Shown here: positions 19,888 to 29,318 of the stretch, piece by piece
Layout: each line of letters opens with the position of its first letter
Numbering within the stretch: position 1 is the first letter of the stretch
Assembly: GCA_965205485.1 (NCBI GenBank)
Contig: OZ242180.1
Coordinates: 2,976,001-3,040,000, forward strand
Direction: 5' to 3'
DNA from: Candidatus Latescibacterota bacterium
GTDB lineage: Bacteria > Latescibacterota > UBA2968 > GCA-2709665
Length of the DNA stretch: 64,000 bases
Position numbers and translations under genes: made by a program
The notes under the pieces: generated by a model
Told to the model about the DNA's origin: nothing
Database searches by the model: none
Seen by the model: the letters and a program-made list of their open reading frames with translations, nothing else

Positions 19888-20778
19888 ATGTCAAGCGCGG
19901 CCGATTTCAAATCCGGATATATCGCAATCGCGGGGAAAGCCAACGTGGGTAAGTCCACGCTGTTCAACCTGCTCATCGGCGAGCGCCTGTCCATTGTGAC
20001 CGCGAAACCTCAGACCACGCGGCACCGGGTATCGGGCATTCTTACCTCGCGGACGTCTCAGATGATTTTTCTGGATACGCCGGGATTGTTTCAGCCCCGT
20101 TGTCGTCTGCACGAGCGAATGTGCGATCAGATAAGGCGTTCCGTGAGTGACGCGGACGTGTTTCTCGGTGTGGTTGACGCCTCGGACTTCGATGCCACCT
20201 TCGACCGGGAAATGCGCGAAGTCCTCCGCAGGGTCAGGAGCCCGCGCATCGTCGCGGTCAATAAATCCGACCTGGTTTCACAGGCCCGGGCAACGCAGTG
20301 CGAGGATACCGTGAGGAAAGAAGCCAACGTAAAGGAAGTCATGACGGTTTCCGCCCAAACCGGTTACAATGTCGAACCGCTTCTGACCAGTCTGGAGCAG
20401 GCGCTGCCTTCAGGCCCCTTATTCTTCCCGGAAGACACGCTCACCGAGCACCCGGAGCGGTTTTTCGTGACCGAGCTCATCAGGGAGGAGATCTTTCTGC
20501 AACTTCGCCAGGAACTGCCCTATGCAACGACGGTCAAGGTGGAGGCATTCCTGGAGGACAGCCGCAGAACCAGTATCCGGGCCAGTATCGTCGTCGAACG
20601 AGAGTCCCAGAAGGGCATCGTCATAGGAAGGAATGGTAAAACCCTCAAGTCCATCGGCAAGATTGCGCGAGGCAAGATTGAGGCCTTCCTGGACGTTCCG
20701 GTCTATCTTGACCTGCGGGTGAAAGTCTTCCGGAATTGGCGGAAGAAAGAACAGGCCCTGCGGGGTTTCGGCTACTGA
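19888..20778 (+). CDS. era: GTPase Era
   Basis: GKANVGKST, KPQTTR, DTPG, NKSD, ELPY, and the KH motif SQKGIVIG. Confidence 0.97.
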   Translation: MSSAADFKSGYIAIAGKANVGKSTLFNLLIGERLSIVTAKPQTTRHRVSGILTSRTSQMIFLDTPGLFQPRCRLHERMCDQIRRSVSDADVFLGVVDASDFDATFDREMREVLRRVRSPRIVAVNKSDLVSQARATQCEDTVRKEANVKEVMTVSAQTGYNVEPLLTSLEQALPSGPLFFPEDTLTEHPERFFVTELIREEIFLQLRQELPYATTVKVEAFLEDSRRTSIRASIVVERESQKGIVIGRNGKTLKSIGKIARGKIEAFLDVPVYLDLRVKVFRNWRKKEQALRGFGY

Positions 20779-20780
20779 AC

Positions 20781-21827
20781 GTGGATTCGACGGTGCCTCA
20801 GACCATAAAGACACTGCTCAAGTTTTCCATCGGGGCGGCGCTTGCCGCAGGGTTTCTGTGGTTGGCCTTTCATGACGTTGCGCCCGCCAAATTGTGGTCT
20901 GCAGTCAGGCAGGCCAGCGCTTCCTGGCTTGCCCTGAGTGTTTTTCTGCTCTTCCTCTCGATCTTCCCTCGAGCCTGGCGTTGGCGGATCCTCTTGAATC
21001 CCGTGAGCCGTGAGGTGTCCTTCCTGAGGGCCAGCCACGCCATACTCGTGGGCTACGCGGCCACCAACGTCATTTCCCGTGCCGGCGAGATTGCGCGCGG
21101 GGTCGCGCTTCAACGGGACCAGCGCCTGCCGTTGAGCGGCGTTCTCGCCACCATCCTCGTGGAACGGGCGATCGATATGCTGGCTCTCCTCATCTTTCTG
21201 GATGGGGTTCTCTATTTTACGAGAGACAGAATCGCCGCGGCGTTCCCATGGATGGAAGGGGTCGCGCTCTTCGCGCTGGCGGCCACGGTGGCCGTGCTCG
21301 TGCTTTTCGCGATTCTGTCGATCTACGGTGATCGCGCATCGAACATTGTGAGGTTACCGGTACGCTGGGTTTCCCGATCGGCTGCGGACCGGCTGACCGG
21401 CATTCTCCGGTCCTTGTTTCAGGGATTGGGCGGCGTTCACGCGATCTCGGGCTATGCCGGCATCCTTGTGTCCAGCATTCTTCTCAACCTGGTCTATATT
21501 CTCGTCACCTACGTTACATTCTTCGCGTTCGGTTTCCCGTCCCGGTACGACCTTGGTTTTCTGGACGCAGTCGTGGTCCTGGTCATTTCGACCATCGGCG
21601 TCATCATCCCCACACCGGGCGGGACGGGCACGTACCACTATTTCTGCAGCCAGACCCTCAACGCGGTATTCGACGTACCGCTCGCGGACGCTCTTGCCTA
21701 TGCGACAGTGATGCATGGCATTGCCTTTGTCACCTACCTGGTTGCGGGGGGACCTGGGTTGATACGCCTTTTGCTCGCCCGCAGGCTCGGCGCCGTGCAA
21801 AACGCCGATTCAAATGAGACTAAATAA
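20781..21827 (+). CDS. lysylphosphatidylglycerol-synthase TM / UPF0104 flippase-like protein
   Basis: RAWRWRILL, RAGEIAR, VERAID, PTPGGTGTY. Confidence 0.9.
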   Translation: MDSTVPQTIKTLLKFSIGAALAAGFLWLAFHDVAPAKLWSAVRQASASWLALSVFLLFLSIFPRAWRWRILLNPVSREVSFLRASHAILVGYAATNVISRAGEIARGVALQRDQRLPLSGVLATILVERAIDMLALLIFLDGVLYFTRDRIAAAFPWMEGVALFALAATVAVLVLFAILSIYGDRASNIVRLPVRWVSRSAADRLTGILRSLFQGLGGVHAISGYAGILVSSILLNLVYILVTYVTFFAFGFPSRYDLGFLDAVVVLVISTIGVIIPTPGGTGTYHYFCSQTLNAVFDVPLADALAYATVMHGIAFVTYLVAGGPGLIRLLLARRLGAVQNADSNETK

Positions 21828-21857
21828 AAAAGGCGCGAACAAAAATGTCCGCGTCCT
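21826..21857 (-). terminator. intrinsic terminator
   Basis: Minus strand AGGACGCGGACA-TTT-TGTTCGCGCC-type hairpin followed by a T6 tract. Confidence 0.65.
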
Positions 21858-21886
21858 GCCTGTGCCAACCGATTTCTCTCTCACGA

Positions 21887-22195
21887 TCAGGACTGCAGCC
21901 GCCGGGACATCTCCATCGCCTCCTCCGCCTCTTCGATCATTCCCTTTTGCTGGTAGAGCCTCGAAAGACTCGTATGTGCAAGCGGTTCCTCAGGCGCGAT
22001 TCGAATCGCTTCCCGCGCGTGCAGAATGGCATCGTCGACCTTTCCCTGCCTGTCCAATACCTGCGCCAGGCCCAGATGACCCATGTAGAAATCCGGATCT
22101 ACTTCCAGCGCCTGATGGAACTTCTCAAGAGCCCCATCGAGGCTGCCCGAGGAAATCAGCTTCAAACCTTCCCTGTAGTGGTCTTTGGCCGCCAA
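21887..22195 (-). CDS. small TPR protein
   Basis: About three TPR units (ALEVDPDF, AIRIAPEEPLAHTSLS). Confidence 0.82.
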   Translation of the reverse strand: MAAKDHYREGLKLISSGSLDGALEKFHQALEVDPDFYMGHLGLAQVLDRQGKVDDAILHAREAIRIAPEEPLAHTSLSRLYQQKGMIEEAEEAMEMSRRLQS

Positions 22196-22304
22196 TTCTC
22201 ACGTTCTCCCGTAATTTTGAATTCAGACACCGCCAGACGACGGTTTCCCGCCGCACTGCAGCGGGATGGCCCGGCGTTCGACGCTGCCCGGTTTCCTGGT
22301 CTTA

Positions 22305-25300
22305 CTAGAAATGCCCCGTGATGTCAATTGAGAAATACTGGTGGGGGTGGTAGGTCTGTGCGAAGTCCGTGGGCCAGGCCAGATCGTACCGGAACAGGAA
22401 ATAACCCAGGTTCACGCGAACGCCGAATCCGTACCCCGCGGCCATCTGCGGTTTTTCGAACCCGTGCTTGGACCTTCCCTCGCGGAAGTGCTGCGGCACA
22501 TTGAGCTCGAACCCGCCGTCGCGGGCGATCCACCCGTCCCTCCACCTCGCCCTGTCGAAGGCGCCGCCGATGTCCAGGAACAGTTCACCCTGGACGTTCT
22601 GGAAGAAGAGCGGCAGCGGCCATCCCATGGCCAGTTCCCGGATGAGGGGAAAACGAAACGCCGCATTGCCCAGCACATAGGTATCTCCAGCCAGCTCGAA
22701 CAGCTCCACGCCGCGCAGCGGCCAGACGAAACTGGAGAAGAATATCCGGTCCTGATCAACATTGGCAAATGTTGAGAAATTCGGATTCACGGGGTTGTTG
22801 ACGCCCCCCACGAAATAAACTCGCTTGTTGGGGCCGAAGCTGGTGCCTGCGGAGACACGAAAGGCAAGCGTATATTCGCCAAGCGCGAGCATGTAATGGC
22901 GAAGGTCCGCGTTGAATGCCGCAAATCGCATGCCCGCCCAGCTTCCTTCAGCGCCAAGGCGCACCCGTCGTCCGTCCACGGCGCCGAAACCGCTCATCAG
23001 CGAGTTGTCGTCCACCAGCGCCAGATAGGAAACCACAGCTCCGCGGGAATCGACTTCGGTGCCCGAAAGCCCGCGCAGGCTGCTGCCGGTGAAACCGCGC
23101 CGAACCCACCGATTGTCGTAACGTTCCCGTTCCAGGCGTTCGCGGGAAATCCTGATGCCCCTTGTGCCCAGCTCCAACCTGCTGAAACGGCTGAACGGCC
23201 TGACCAGGCTGGCTTCCGCGCCGAAATACCGATCGGCATTCAACTGCCCCCGATCGAAGAAGAACAGACGCGTATGGAAGGCGCTGAGGTAATAGTTGGT
23301 CTGGTGCTTGAGGTTCTGGTATCCCAGGAAGAGGTCGCTGTCCTTGAGAGAGAAGCTCAGCCCGGTCTGTATGATGAGCCGGTGGTCGCCCATCACGTCG
23401 GTCAGGGACAACTGGAGCAGGCTGCTCACACCGTAGAACGTGTCGAAGCCCGCGTTGGCCCCGAAGAATTCGGGTTTGAGTTTCACGCGGTACTTGTTCA
23501 CCGTGAACTCCCGGTTCCAGTCGCGGAGCGTCAGCTCCCGGTCGCCGTCCGCCGCCAGCGTATCCGCTCCTGCCGCCTCCTCGTCGTCGCCGCGCGCCTC
23601 CGCCGCCGCCAGCGCCATCTGGTCCGACATCCACGTCTCCACCTTCCTGTCCGCCGCCGCAACCACCGCCGCCGTGTCTTCCCTCGCGGCCACACCCCCG
23701 CTGTCGGCATCCGCCTCCGCAATCGCCTTCAGCTCCTGCCGCCGCTCGCGCTGCAGCTCCACGAACGGACGGTCCTCGATGCCTGCCAGCCGCTTCGCGT
23801 AACGCGTCAGCGGCAGGTCCTCCATCCCCCGCTTCTGCTTGCGCGGGTCCTTCATCACGAAGATGTCATAACCCCCGCGGTGGAACGTCGTGAACGCCAG
23901 CTTCCTGCCGTCCGCGCTCCAGTCGATATACCGCGCCCCCGACAGCAGATTGCTGATCGGATACATCTGCGAGCCGTCCACGTGCGCGATGTAGATGTTG
24001 CCCACGCCCGTCCTGTCCGACACGAACGCCAGCGTCTGCGAGTCCGGCCCCCACGTGGGATGACTGTCGTTCACGTCGCTTTCCACTACCCGCCGGATCT
24101 CGCTCCCGTCCGCCTTCAGCACGAACACGTCATACACCCCGAACTCGAAGTCCTTAGACCCGTCATACGAAAGGTCCGCCGACGGCCGGTCCGAACTGAT
24201 CGCGATCCATTTCCCGTCCGGCGACCAGTCCAGGTGCTTCTCGTCATACGGATCACGCGTCATCCGCCGCAGACGCTCGTCACCCACGTCCACCACATAC
24301 ACGTCCGACCACCCGTCCTTCAACCCCACGATCGCGATCTGCTTCCCGTCCGGCGACCACGTGGGCTCGAACAACCCGTCCAGATCGAACTTGAAGCGCT
24401 TCGTCACCCGCTTCTTCCTCACGTCCAGCGTATACAGCGTGTTCTTGTTGCGCGACTTCGCCGCAAACGCGATCTGCTTACCGTCCGGCGACCACGTGAT
24501 GCCAGGCCGCAGCACGAACAACCCCTCGAAGTCCGACGAGCGCTCCCCCTCCACCAGCCGGCCCAGGTCCTGACCGTCGATCGCCGACATCAGGTAGATG
24601 TCGAACGTGCCCTGACGCTCCGTCACATACGCGATCTTGTCGCCCTGCGGTGAAAACGACGGCGCGATGTTGTAAAAGCCCCGACCCGCGCCCGCCTCCG
24701 TCAGCTGCTTCGCCACCTCCTCCGACGGATGGTGCAGGTTGATCTCGTTCCAATACTGACGCTTCAGCCACAACTGCCACTTCTCGTCCAGCTCCTCCAC
24801 ACCCTCGCCCACCGACGCCTTCAGCGCCTTGTCAACGGACCGCGCCGAACGGAACGAAGAAATGAACTCCGCCACCTTGTCCTTGCCATACTCCTCCTCG
24901 ATCATCACGAAGACGGACTGCCCCCCCTTATACGCGAACGCGCCGCTCAACGACATCATCCCAGGTACAAAGCCCGTGATCGTCGCGTGACGCATGAAAT
25001 TGTCGCCCTCACGGTCCCAGCCCCCCTGCGACAGATACTCCGCCACCCCTTCCGCGATCCACAGCGGCGGCAGCGACGCCGTCTGCGTCATCATCGCACC
25101 CAGCCATCCGCCGCCCGTCCACATCTCCAGCGTCACCACGTGCGCCAGCTCGTGGTGGATCACGTGACGGAAATCGGCATACGACCCCGTATACGGGATC
25201 ACCACCCGACCCTGCGCGAACTCCGTAAAACCGCCCGTGAACTCCGACTGCTCCGTCGGCAGGATGTTCGTCACCGAAAACCCGTTGTGAGAGTTGTAGA

Positions 25301-25556
25301 TCACGATCGGGTACCGGTCCTTCAGCGTATACTTCAGATCCTTCTCCAGACGCACCAGCGATCGCTCCGCCTCCTTCGCCGCAAACTCCGCCGCAGGCTG
25401 CGACGCCTTGTCGAAATAGACCTTGAAATGCTCCGTCTCCAAAAAATGCCAGTCGTAATCGTCATACGTCACCTTGTTCTTGCCGAAATACTCCTGCCCG
25501 CCCGCCACGCCGTACGCGAACAACACGATTCCGAGTAGAAGAAACCACCTGGACAT
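22305..25556 (-). CDS. zincin peptidase + PD40/TolB-like propeller + Omp85/BamA-type barrel fusion
   Basis: Signal peptide, QEYFGKNKV; HELAH...WIAEGVAEY; repeated WSPDGK; PLRG motif and barrel strands ending in F. Confidence 0.88.
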   Translation of the reverse strand: MSRWFLLLGIVLFAYGVAGGQEYFGKNKVTYDDYDWHFLETEHFKVYFDKASQPAAEFAAKEAERSLVRLEKDLKYTLKDRYPIVIYNSHNGFSVTNILPTEQSEFTGGFTEFAQGRVVIPYTGSYADFRHVIHHELAHVVTLEMWTGGGWLGAMMTQTASLPPLWIAEGVAEYLSQGGWDREGDNFMRHATITGFVPGMMSLSGAFAYKGGQSVFVMIEEEYGKDKVAEFISSFRSARSVDKALKASVGEGVEELDEKWQLWLKRQYWNEINLHHPSEEVAKQLTEAGAGRGFYNIAPSFSPQGDKIAYVTERQGTFDIYLMSAIDGQDLGRLVEGERSSDFEGLFVLRPGITWSPDGKQIAFAAKSRNKNTLYTLDVRKKRVTKRFKFDLDGLFEPTWSPDGKQIAIVGLKDGWSDVYVVDVGDERLRRMTRDPYDEKHLDWSPDGKWIAISSDRPSADLSYDGSKDFEFGVYDVFVLKADGSEIRRVVESDVNDSHPTWGPDSQTLAFVSDRTGVGNIYIAHVDGSQMYPISNLLSGARYIDWSADGRKLAFTTFHRGGYDIFVMKDPRKQKRGMEDLPLTRYAKRLAGIEDRPFVELQRERRQELKAIAEADADSGGVAAREDTAAVVAAADRKVETWMSDQMALAAAEARGDDEEAAGADTLAADGDRELTLRDWNREFTVNKYRVKLKPEFFGANAGFDTFYGVSSLLQLSLTDVMGDHRLIIQTGLSFSLKDSDLFLGYQNLKHQTNYYLSAFHTRLFFFDRGQLNADRYFGAEASLVRPFSRFSRLELGTRGIRISRERLERERYDNRWVRRGFTGSSLRGLSGTEVDSRGAVVSYLALVDDNSLMSGFGAVDGRRVRLGAEGSWAGMRFAAFNADLRHYMLALGEYTLAFRVSAGTSFGPNKRVYFVGGVNNPVNPNFSTFANVDQDRIFFSSFVWPLRGVELFELAGDTYVLGNAAFRFPLIRELAMGWPLPLFFQNVQGELFLDIGGAFDRARWRDGWIARDGGFELNVPQHFREGRSKHGFEKPQMAAGYGFGVRVNLGYFLFRYDLAWPTDFAQTYHPHQYFSIDITGHF

Positions 25557-25686
25557 ATCCAAGCTCCTTGAATTGTAGACGAGCCGTATCGGGTGCCGCA
25601 TCGCTTGGAAATTGAGAGGAAAAGGCCGGTTTACACGGCCTTCCGTCGGCTTCTGCTGCCGCCGCCGTTCGGGTTTCCGCCATTGC

Positions 25687-26532
25687 TCAGCGCGTAAAGA
25701 ACGGGTTGTTCGCCAGTTCCTCACCGATGGACGTGATGGGTCCGTGCCCGGGAAAAACGCGGGTTTTCTCATCCCGGGACAGGGCTTTCTCCGTCACGGC
25801 CCTGATCTGACCGGCATAGGCCGGACCCGTCGCGCCGCCCATGGACCCCGCGAAGAGCGCGTCGCCCGAGAAAAATACCTCGTCGGTACCATAACCGATT
25901 CCGCCGGCCGTATGCCCCGGGAGGCTTACCGCATCGATGGCGACTCGTCCCACGTTCGTCCGCCAGCCGTCGTCCACCGGATCGGTCACGAGCTCCTTCA
26001 GGTTTCCGAGAAGCCCGAAGTCCCGTTCGCAACAGCAGACTCTGGCGCCGGTTTTTGCCACGACTTCAGCAAGCGCGCCAACGTGGTCGCCGTGACCGTG
26101 TGTAAGCAGCACGTGGGTCAACTCCAGGCCCATACCATCCGCCAGCGCAAGAATCCGTTCCGCCTGCCCGCCCGCGTCCACAATCGCGCCTTCCCCGGTT
26201 GCCTTGCACTTCAACGCATAGGCGTTCACTTCCATGCCGGCGTCCAGAATCGTTCGCTCGACGGAAAGTCGCGCGTCGTCGTGAGGCGCATTTCCGTGCT
26301 CCGGCACCCATCCTCTCGCAATCCCGACCAGCTTTTTCCCGTCCAGTTGCAGCGCGCCGGCCAGGGCGAGAATTCCGTCCTCGCAGGGCGTGAATTCGTA
26401 GGCTTCAATGCGTCCGATTTCTCCTGCGCTCAACCCCGTCGCATCTGCGAGCGATGATTCGGCCAGGCCCAGTCCGCGCCTGGCCTTTCCGACGATATCT
26501 CCGAAAAAGTCCTCGAGTGTTTCGTACGCCAC
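25687..26532 (-). CDS. MBL-fold metallo-hydrolase with N-terminal HTH-like domain
   Basis: THGHGDH, PGHT, GDALF, PGHG, NPF; N-terminal GKARRGLGL...LA..TGLS...I..IE; GGAGG RBS. Confidence 0.9.
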   Translation of the reverse strand: MAYETLEDFFGDIVGKARRGLGLAESSLADATGLSAGEIGRIEAYEFTPCEDGILALAGALQLDGKKLVGIARGWVPEHGNAPHDDARLSVERTILDAGMEVNAYALKCKATGEGAIVDAGGQAERILALADGMGLELTHVLLTHGHGDHVGALAEVVAKTGARVCCCERDFGLLGNLKELVTDPVDDGWRTNVGRVAIDAVSLPGHTAGGIGYGTDEVFFSGDALFAGSMGGATGPAYAGQIRAVTEKALSRDEKTRVFPGHGPITSIGEELANNPFFTR

Positions 26533-26594
26533 GTGTCCTCCCTCGTTCACAGGTCGTCCGCAATTGGCGGAGTCGTTCTTAGCGACAATCCAAT

Positions 26595-26626
26595 ATATAT
26601 ATGATATATATGTGCGAGATTGTCAA
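26595..26626 (-). promoter_or_regulatory. promoter (-35 TTGACA) overlapped by palindromic operator-like site
   Basis: ATATATAT-G-ATATATAT at 26595-26611; TGTCAA at 26621-26626. Confidence 0.5.
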
Positions 26627-26760
26627 TTGTTTTTGATTTCACGCCGACGACGAACGCCGTGACGTTCGTATATCTCCGTCATTTGTCGTTGCAATACGGG
26701 TCGCCGGTATATAAATTCCACGCGATTCGGATCAGGCCCGGAAATTTACCGGGAGCGTAG

Positions 26761-26859
26761 CAGTCTGTTGAGAAAGTCGCTCTGCAGGCCAGGCCAAGCA
26801 ACGCAGTATGTCGTTCCCAAGGGCCGGCCGTAGCCCGGAAGGGCCTTTTCAGCGGGCTG
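26761..26859 (+). mobile_element. MITE family B, copy 3 (internally deleted, diverged)
   Basis: CAGTCTGTTGAGAAAGTCGCTCTGCAGG ... CCTTTTCAGCGGGCTG; 99 bp. Confidence 0.8.
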
Positions 26860-26894
26860 ACAGGTGAGGTCGCACGACGTTGCGAAATAACAAA

Positions 26895-27602
26895 GTGACT
26901 CCCAACCCGAAAAAAGCCGCAGGTGAACGGGCCGCCGAACTGGTGGACGACGGGATGATCGTCGGTCTGGGGACCGGTTCGACCGCTTTCTACGCAATCC
27001 AAAGGCTGGGCGAGCGTGTGCGCGAGGGTCTTCCGATTCGCGGGGTTCCCACGTCGGAGCAGTCCCGGATCCAGGCGGAACGCGAGGGTATACCGCTTGT
27101 CGATTTCGCGGAAACCACACGTATAGACCTGACGATTGACGGTGCGGACGAGATCGACCCCGCCTTCAACCTGATCAAGGGCGGCGGCGGCGCTCTGTTT
27201 CGCGAAAAACTCGTGGCCACGGCCAGCCTAAGGGAAATCATCGTTGCCGACGAATCCAAACTCAAGGACCGCCTCGGGGCATTCCCGCTGCCGGTGGAAG
27301 TGGTCCCCTTCGGCTGGCAGTTCGTTCGACTGAAACTCGAGGCTCTCGGGTGTCGTGCAACTCTGCGCGTCCGTGAAAACCGGACTTTCGTCACGGACAA
27401 CGGCAACCACGTTCTGGACTGCGCCTTCGGCGCCATCGATGACCCCGAGGATCTCGAACGACGTATTGCTTCGACCTGCGGCGTCGTTGAGTCCGGCCTC
27501 TTCGTCGGCCTGGCTCACCAGATCGTGATCGGCAAGCCCGCCGGCACCATCGAAGAGCGATACAGACCGCAATGCGGGGTAGACGTAAGACGTAAGACGT
27601 GA
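26895..27602 (+). CDS. rpiA: ribose-5-phosphate isomerase A
   Basis: GLGTGST, DGADE, IKGGGGALFREK, TDNGN, GVVESGLF. Confidence 0.97.
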   Translation: MTPNPKKAAGERAAELVDDGMIVGLGTGSTAFYAIQRLGERVREGLPIRGVPTSEQSRIQAEREGIPLVDFAETTRIDLTIDGADEIDPAFNLIKGGGGALFREKLVATASLREIIVADESKLKDRLGAFPLPVEVVPFGWQFVRLKLEALGCRATLRVRENRTFVTDNGNHVLDCAFGAIDDPEDLERRIASTCGVVESGLFVGLAHQIVIGKPAGTIEERYRPQCGVDVRRKT

Positions 27603-27927
27603 GAGTTTGCCGGCCTTGCAAGTTTTCTTCTCAGGCCGGAGGCAAGCTGGAGAAACCTATAGGGCAAGGACTTCATCTACCGTCTAACTTCGGGAAGAGG
27701 GTAGAGGTGAGACGGTAGAGGAAAATCCTTGCCACATGATGCGGCGCCAAGTCAAAAAGGATTGAGCCCGAACACGATGGTCGAACTCAGCCACATTACG
27801 TTACTGCCAGGATAGACAGAAAGTATTTCAAATAGACCGGTGCCGATTGCGTAGAAATCGTCGTTACGGATAACAAACCGAGCGGGCACCCACATCATCT
27901 CCCGTCTCCCGTCTTGCCTCTCCCCGC
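27574..27927. repeat. repeat family C, copy 1: heptamer-flanked palindromic element
   Basis: Left (AAGACGT)n and right (CCGTCTC)n arms are complementary; the core 27602-27685 resembles 36899-36981. Confidence 0.7.
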
Positions 27928-27982
27928 TTCAAGGAACACAGCAACACGCCAGACGGAAAACTGTTTATAACAAGGGTATTCA

Positions 27983-28885
27983 ATGAGCATCTTCATCGAT
28001 AACGACACTCGAGTGGTCGTTCAGGGGATTACCGGCAACGAAGGATCCTTCCACACGCGTCAGATGCTGGACTACGGCACCCGGATCGTAGCGGGCGTCA
28101 CGCCGGGCAGGGCCGGACACCGCGTCGAAGGAGTACCGGTCTTCAATACCGTCTCCGACGCGGTCGACGCCACGGGCGCGGACACTTCGATCCTCTTCGT
28201 CCCGGCGGCGTTCTCCGCGGACGCGATCATCGAAGCCGCGGATGCCGGAATACGCCTGGTCGTGTGTATCAGCGAAGGAATCCCGGTACTGGACATGGTA
28301 AAGGTCAAACACTATCTTGGCTCGCGCTCCACCCGGCTCGTCGGCCCCAACTGTCCCGGGATCATCTCTCCCGGCAAATGCAAGATAGGAATCATGCCGG
28401 CCGATATTCACAGAGGCGGCAACGTGGGTGTCATTTCCCGCAGCGGGACGTTGACGTACGAGGCGGTCGCCCAACTGACGGCCCTGGGCCTGGGCCAGTC
28501 CACGTGCGTGGGCATTGGGGGAGACCCGGTCATCGGCACCAGCTTTACAGACTGTCTCGATGCCTTCGGACGGGACTCCCACACCGAATGCGTCGTGATG
28601 ATCGGCGAGATCGGCGGCTCGGCCGAAGAACAGGCGGCGGACTACGTGAGAACTTCCTTTACGAAGCCCGTGGTCGGCTTCATCGCCGGCCAGACCGCGC
28701 CCCCTGGCAGGCGCATGGGTCACGCCGGCGCGATTATTTCGGGTGGCAAGGGCACCGCCGAAGAAAAGGTGGCGGCCCTGAGCGCGTCGGGCATTCGGGT
28801 CTGCAGCAGCCCCGCGGACATCGGCGAAACAGTGCTCGTAGCGCTCGGCGGTGATCCCGGGCGGAGCACCGCCGGTACGGCCTGA
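27983..28885 (+). CDS. sucD: succinyl-CoA synthetase alpha subunit
   Basis: [38 protein letters not shown] phospho-His motif. Confidence 0.97.
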   Translation: MSIFIDNDTRVVVQGITGNEGSFHTRQMLDYGTRIVAGVTPGRAGHRVEGVPVFNTVSDAVDATGADTSILFVPAAFSADAIIEAADAGIRLVVCISEGIPVLDMVKVKHYLGSRSTRLVGPNCPGIISPGKCKIGIMPADIHRGGNVGVISRSGTLTYEAVAQLTALGLGQSTCVGIGGDPVIGTSFTDCLDAFGRDSHTECVVMIGEIGGSAEEQAADYVRTSFTKPVVGFIAGQTAPPGRRMGHAGAIISGGKGTAEEKVAALSASGIRVCSSPADIGETVLVALGGDPGRSTAGTA

Positions 28886-28985
28886 CTTCCACGACGGATT
28901 CCGGACGTTTCGCTATCCTGCGACCTTGGCAATTGTGGGGGCCCGCCTGTCGCGAATTCGGATGAAAATACGCTAAACAAAAGTA

Positions 28986-29014
28986 TTGACATTTGAGAAA
29001 TCCTTATATATCTT
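28986..29014 (+). promoter_or_regulatory. sigma70-type promoter
   Basis: TTGACA-N17-TATCTT. Confidence 0.7.
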
Positions 29015-29019
29015 CTGTG

Positions 29020-29181
29020 GAATACCCTGCGGTTGTGCGTTTAATCACGAACCTGTGCGATACACCGGTGGGCTTATGTTAAATTGCTACCGCGTAGTCG
29101 CTTATCATGTACACGACAGGAATGAAGCAGGAGGGCGTTAACGGGGCGCTTCCGGTTACCGGACAGTATTGCCTTTTTTTT
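29020..29181 (+). ncRNA. candidate small RNA or attenuator leader
   Basis: Begins just after the promoter; nested complementarity; ends in a TCCGG-TTA-CCGGA hairpin and a T8 tract. Confidence 0.35.
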
Positions 29182-29318
29182 ATGTTCGAGAGGGGGTGAG
29201 GAATCAAGCAGACTGCGGGGAGTTTTGCAGATTTTAATGCCGGGTTCTTTTTTGGAGCAGTTTGCAGGTGTAAGGTAGTGTGGAGGGGACAAGTCATCTT
29301 CCTAATAAGGAGGTGTTT

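Noticed and set aside
22896..24653. Long antisense or alternate-frame ORFs (also 37782-39326, 29079-30473, 18430-19824, 39524-40942)
   Set aside because: They shadow well-supported genes in GC-rich DNA and carry no family motifs.
29020..29318. Cobalamin or TPP riboswitch before the TonB-dependent receptor
   Set aside because: The B12-box (GCCACTG, AGYCAGRAGACC) and TPP (CTGAGA, ACCTGA) cores were not found.
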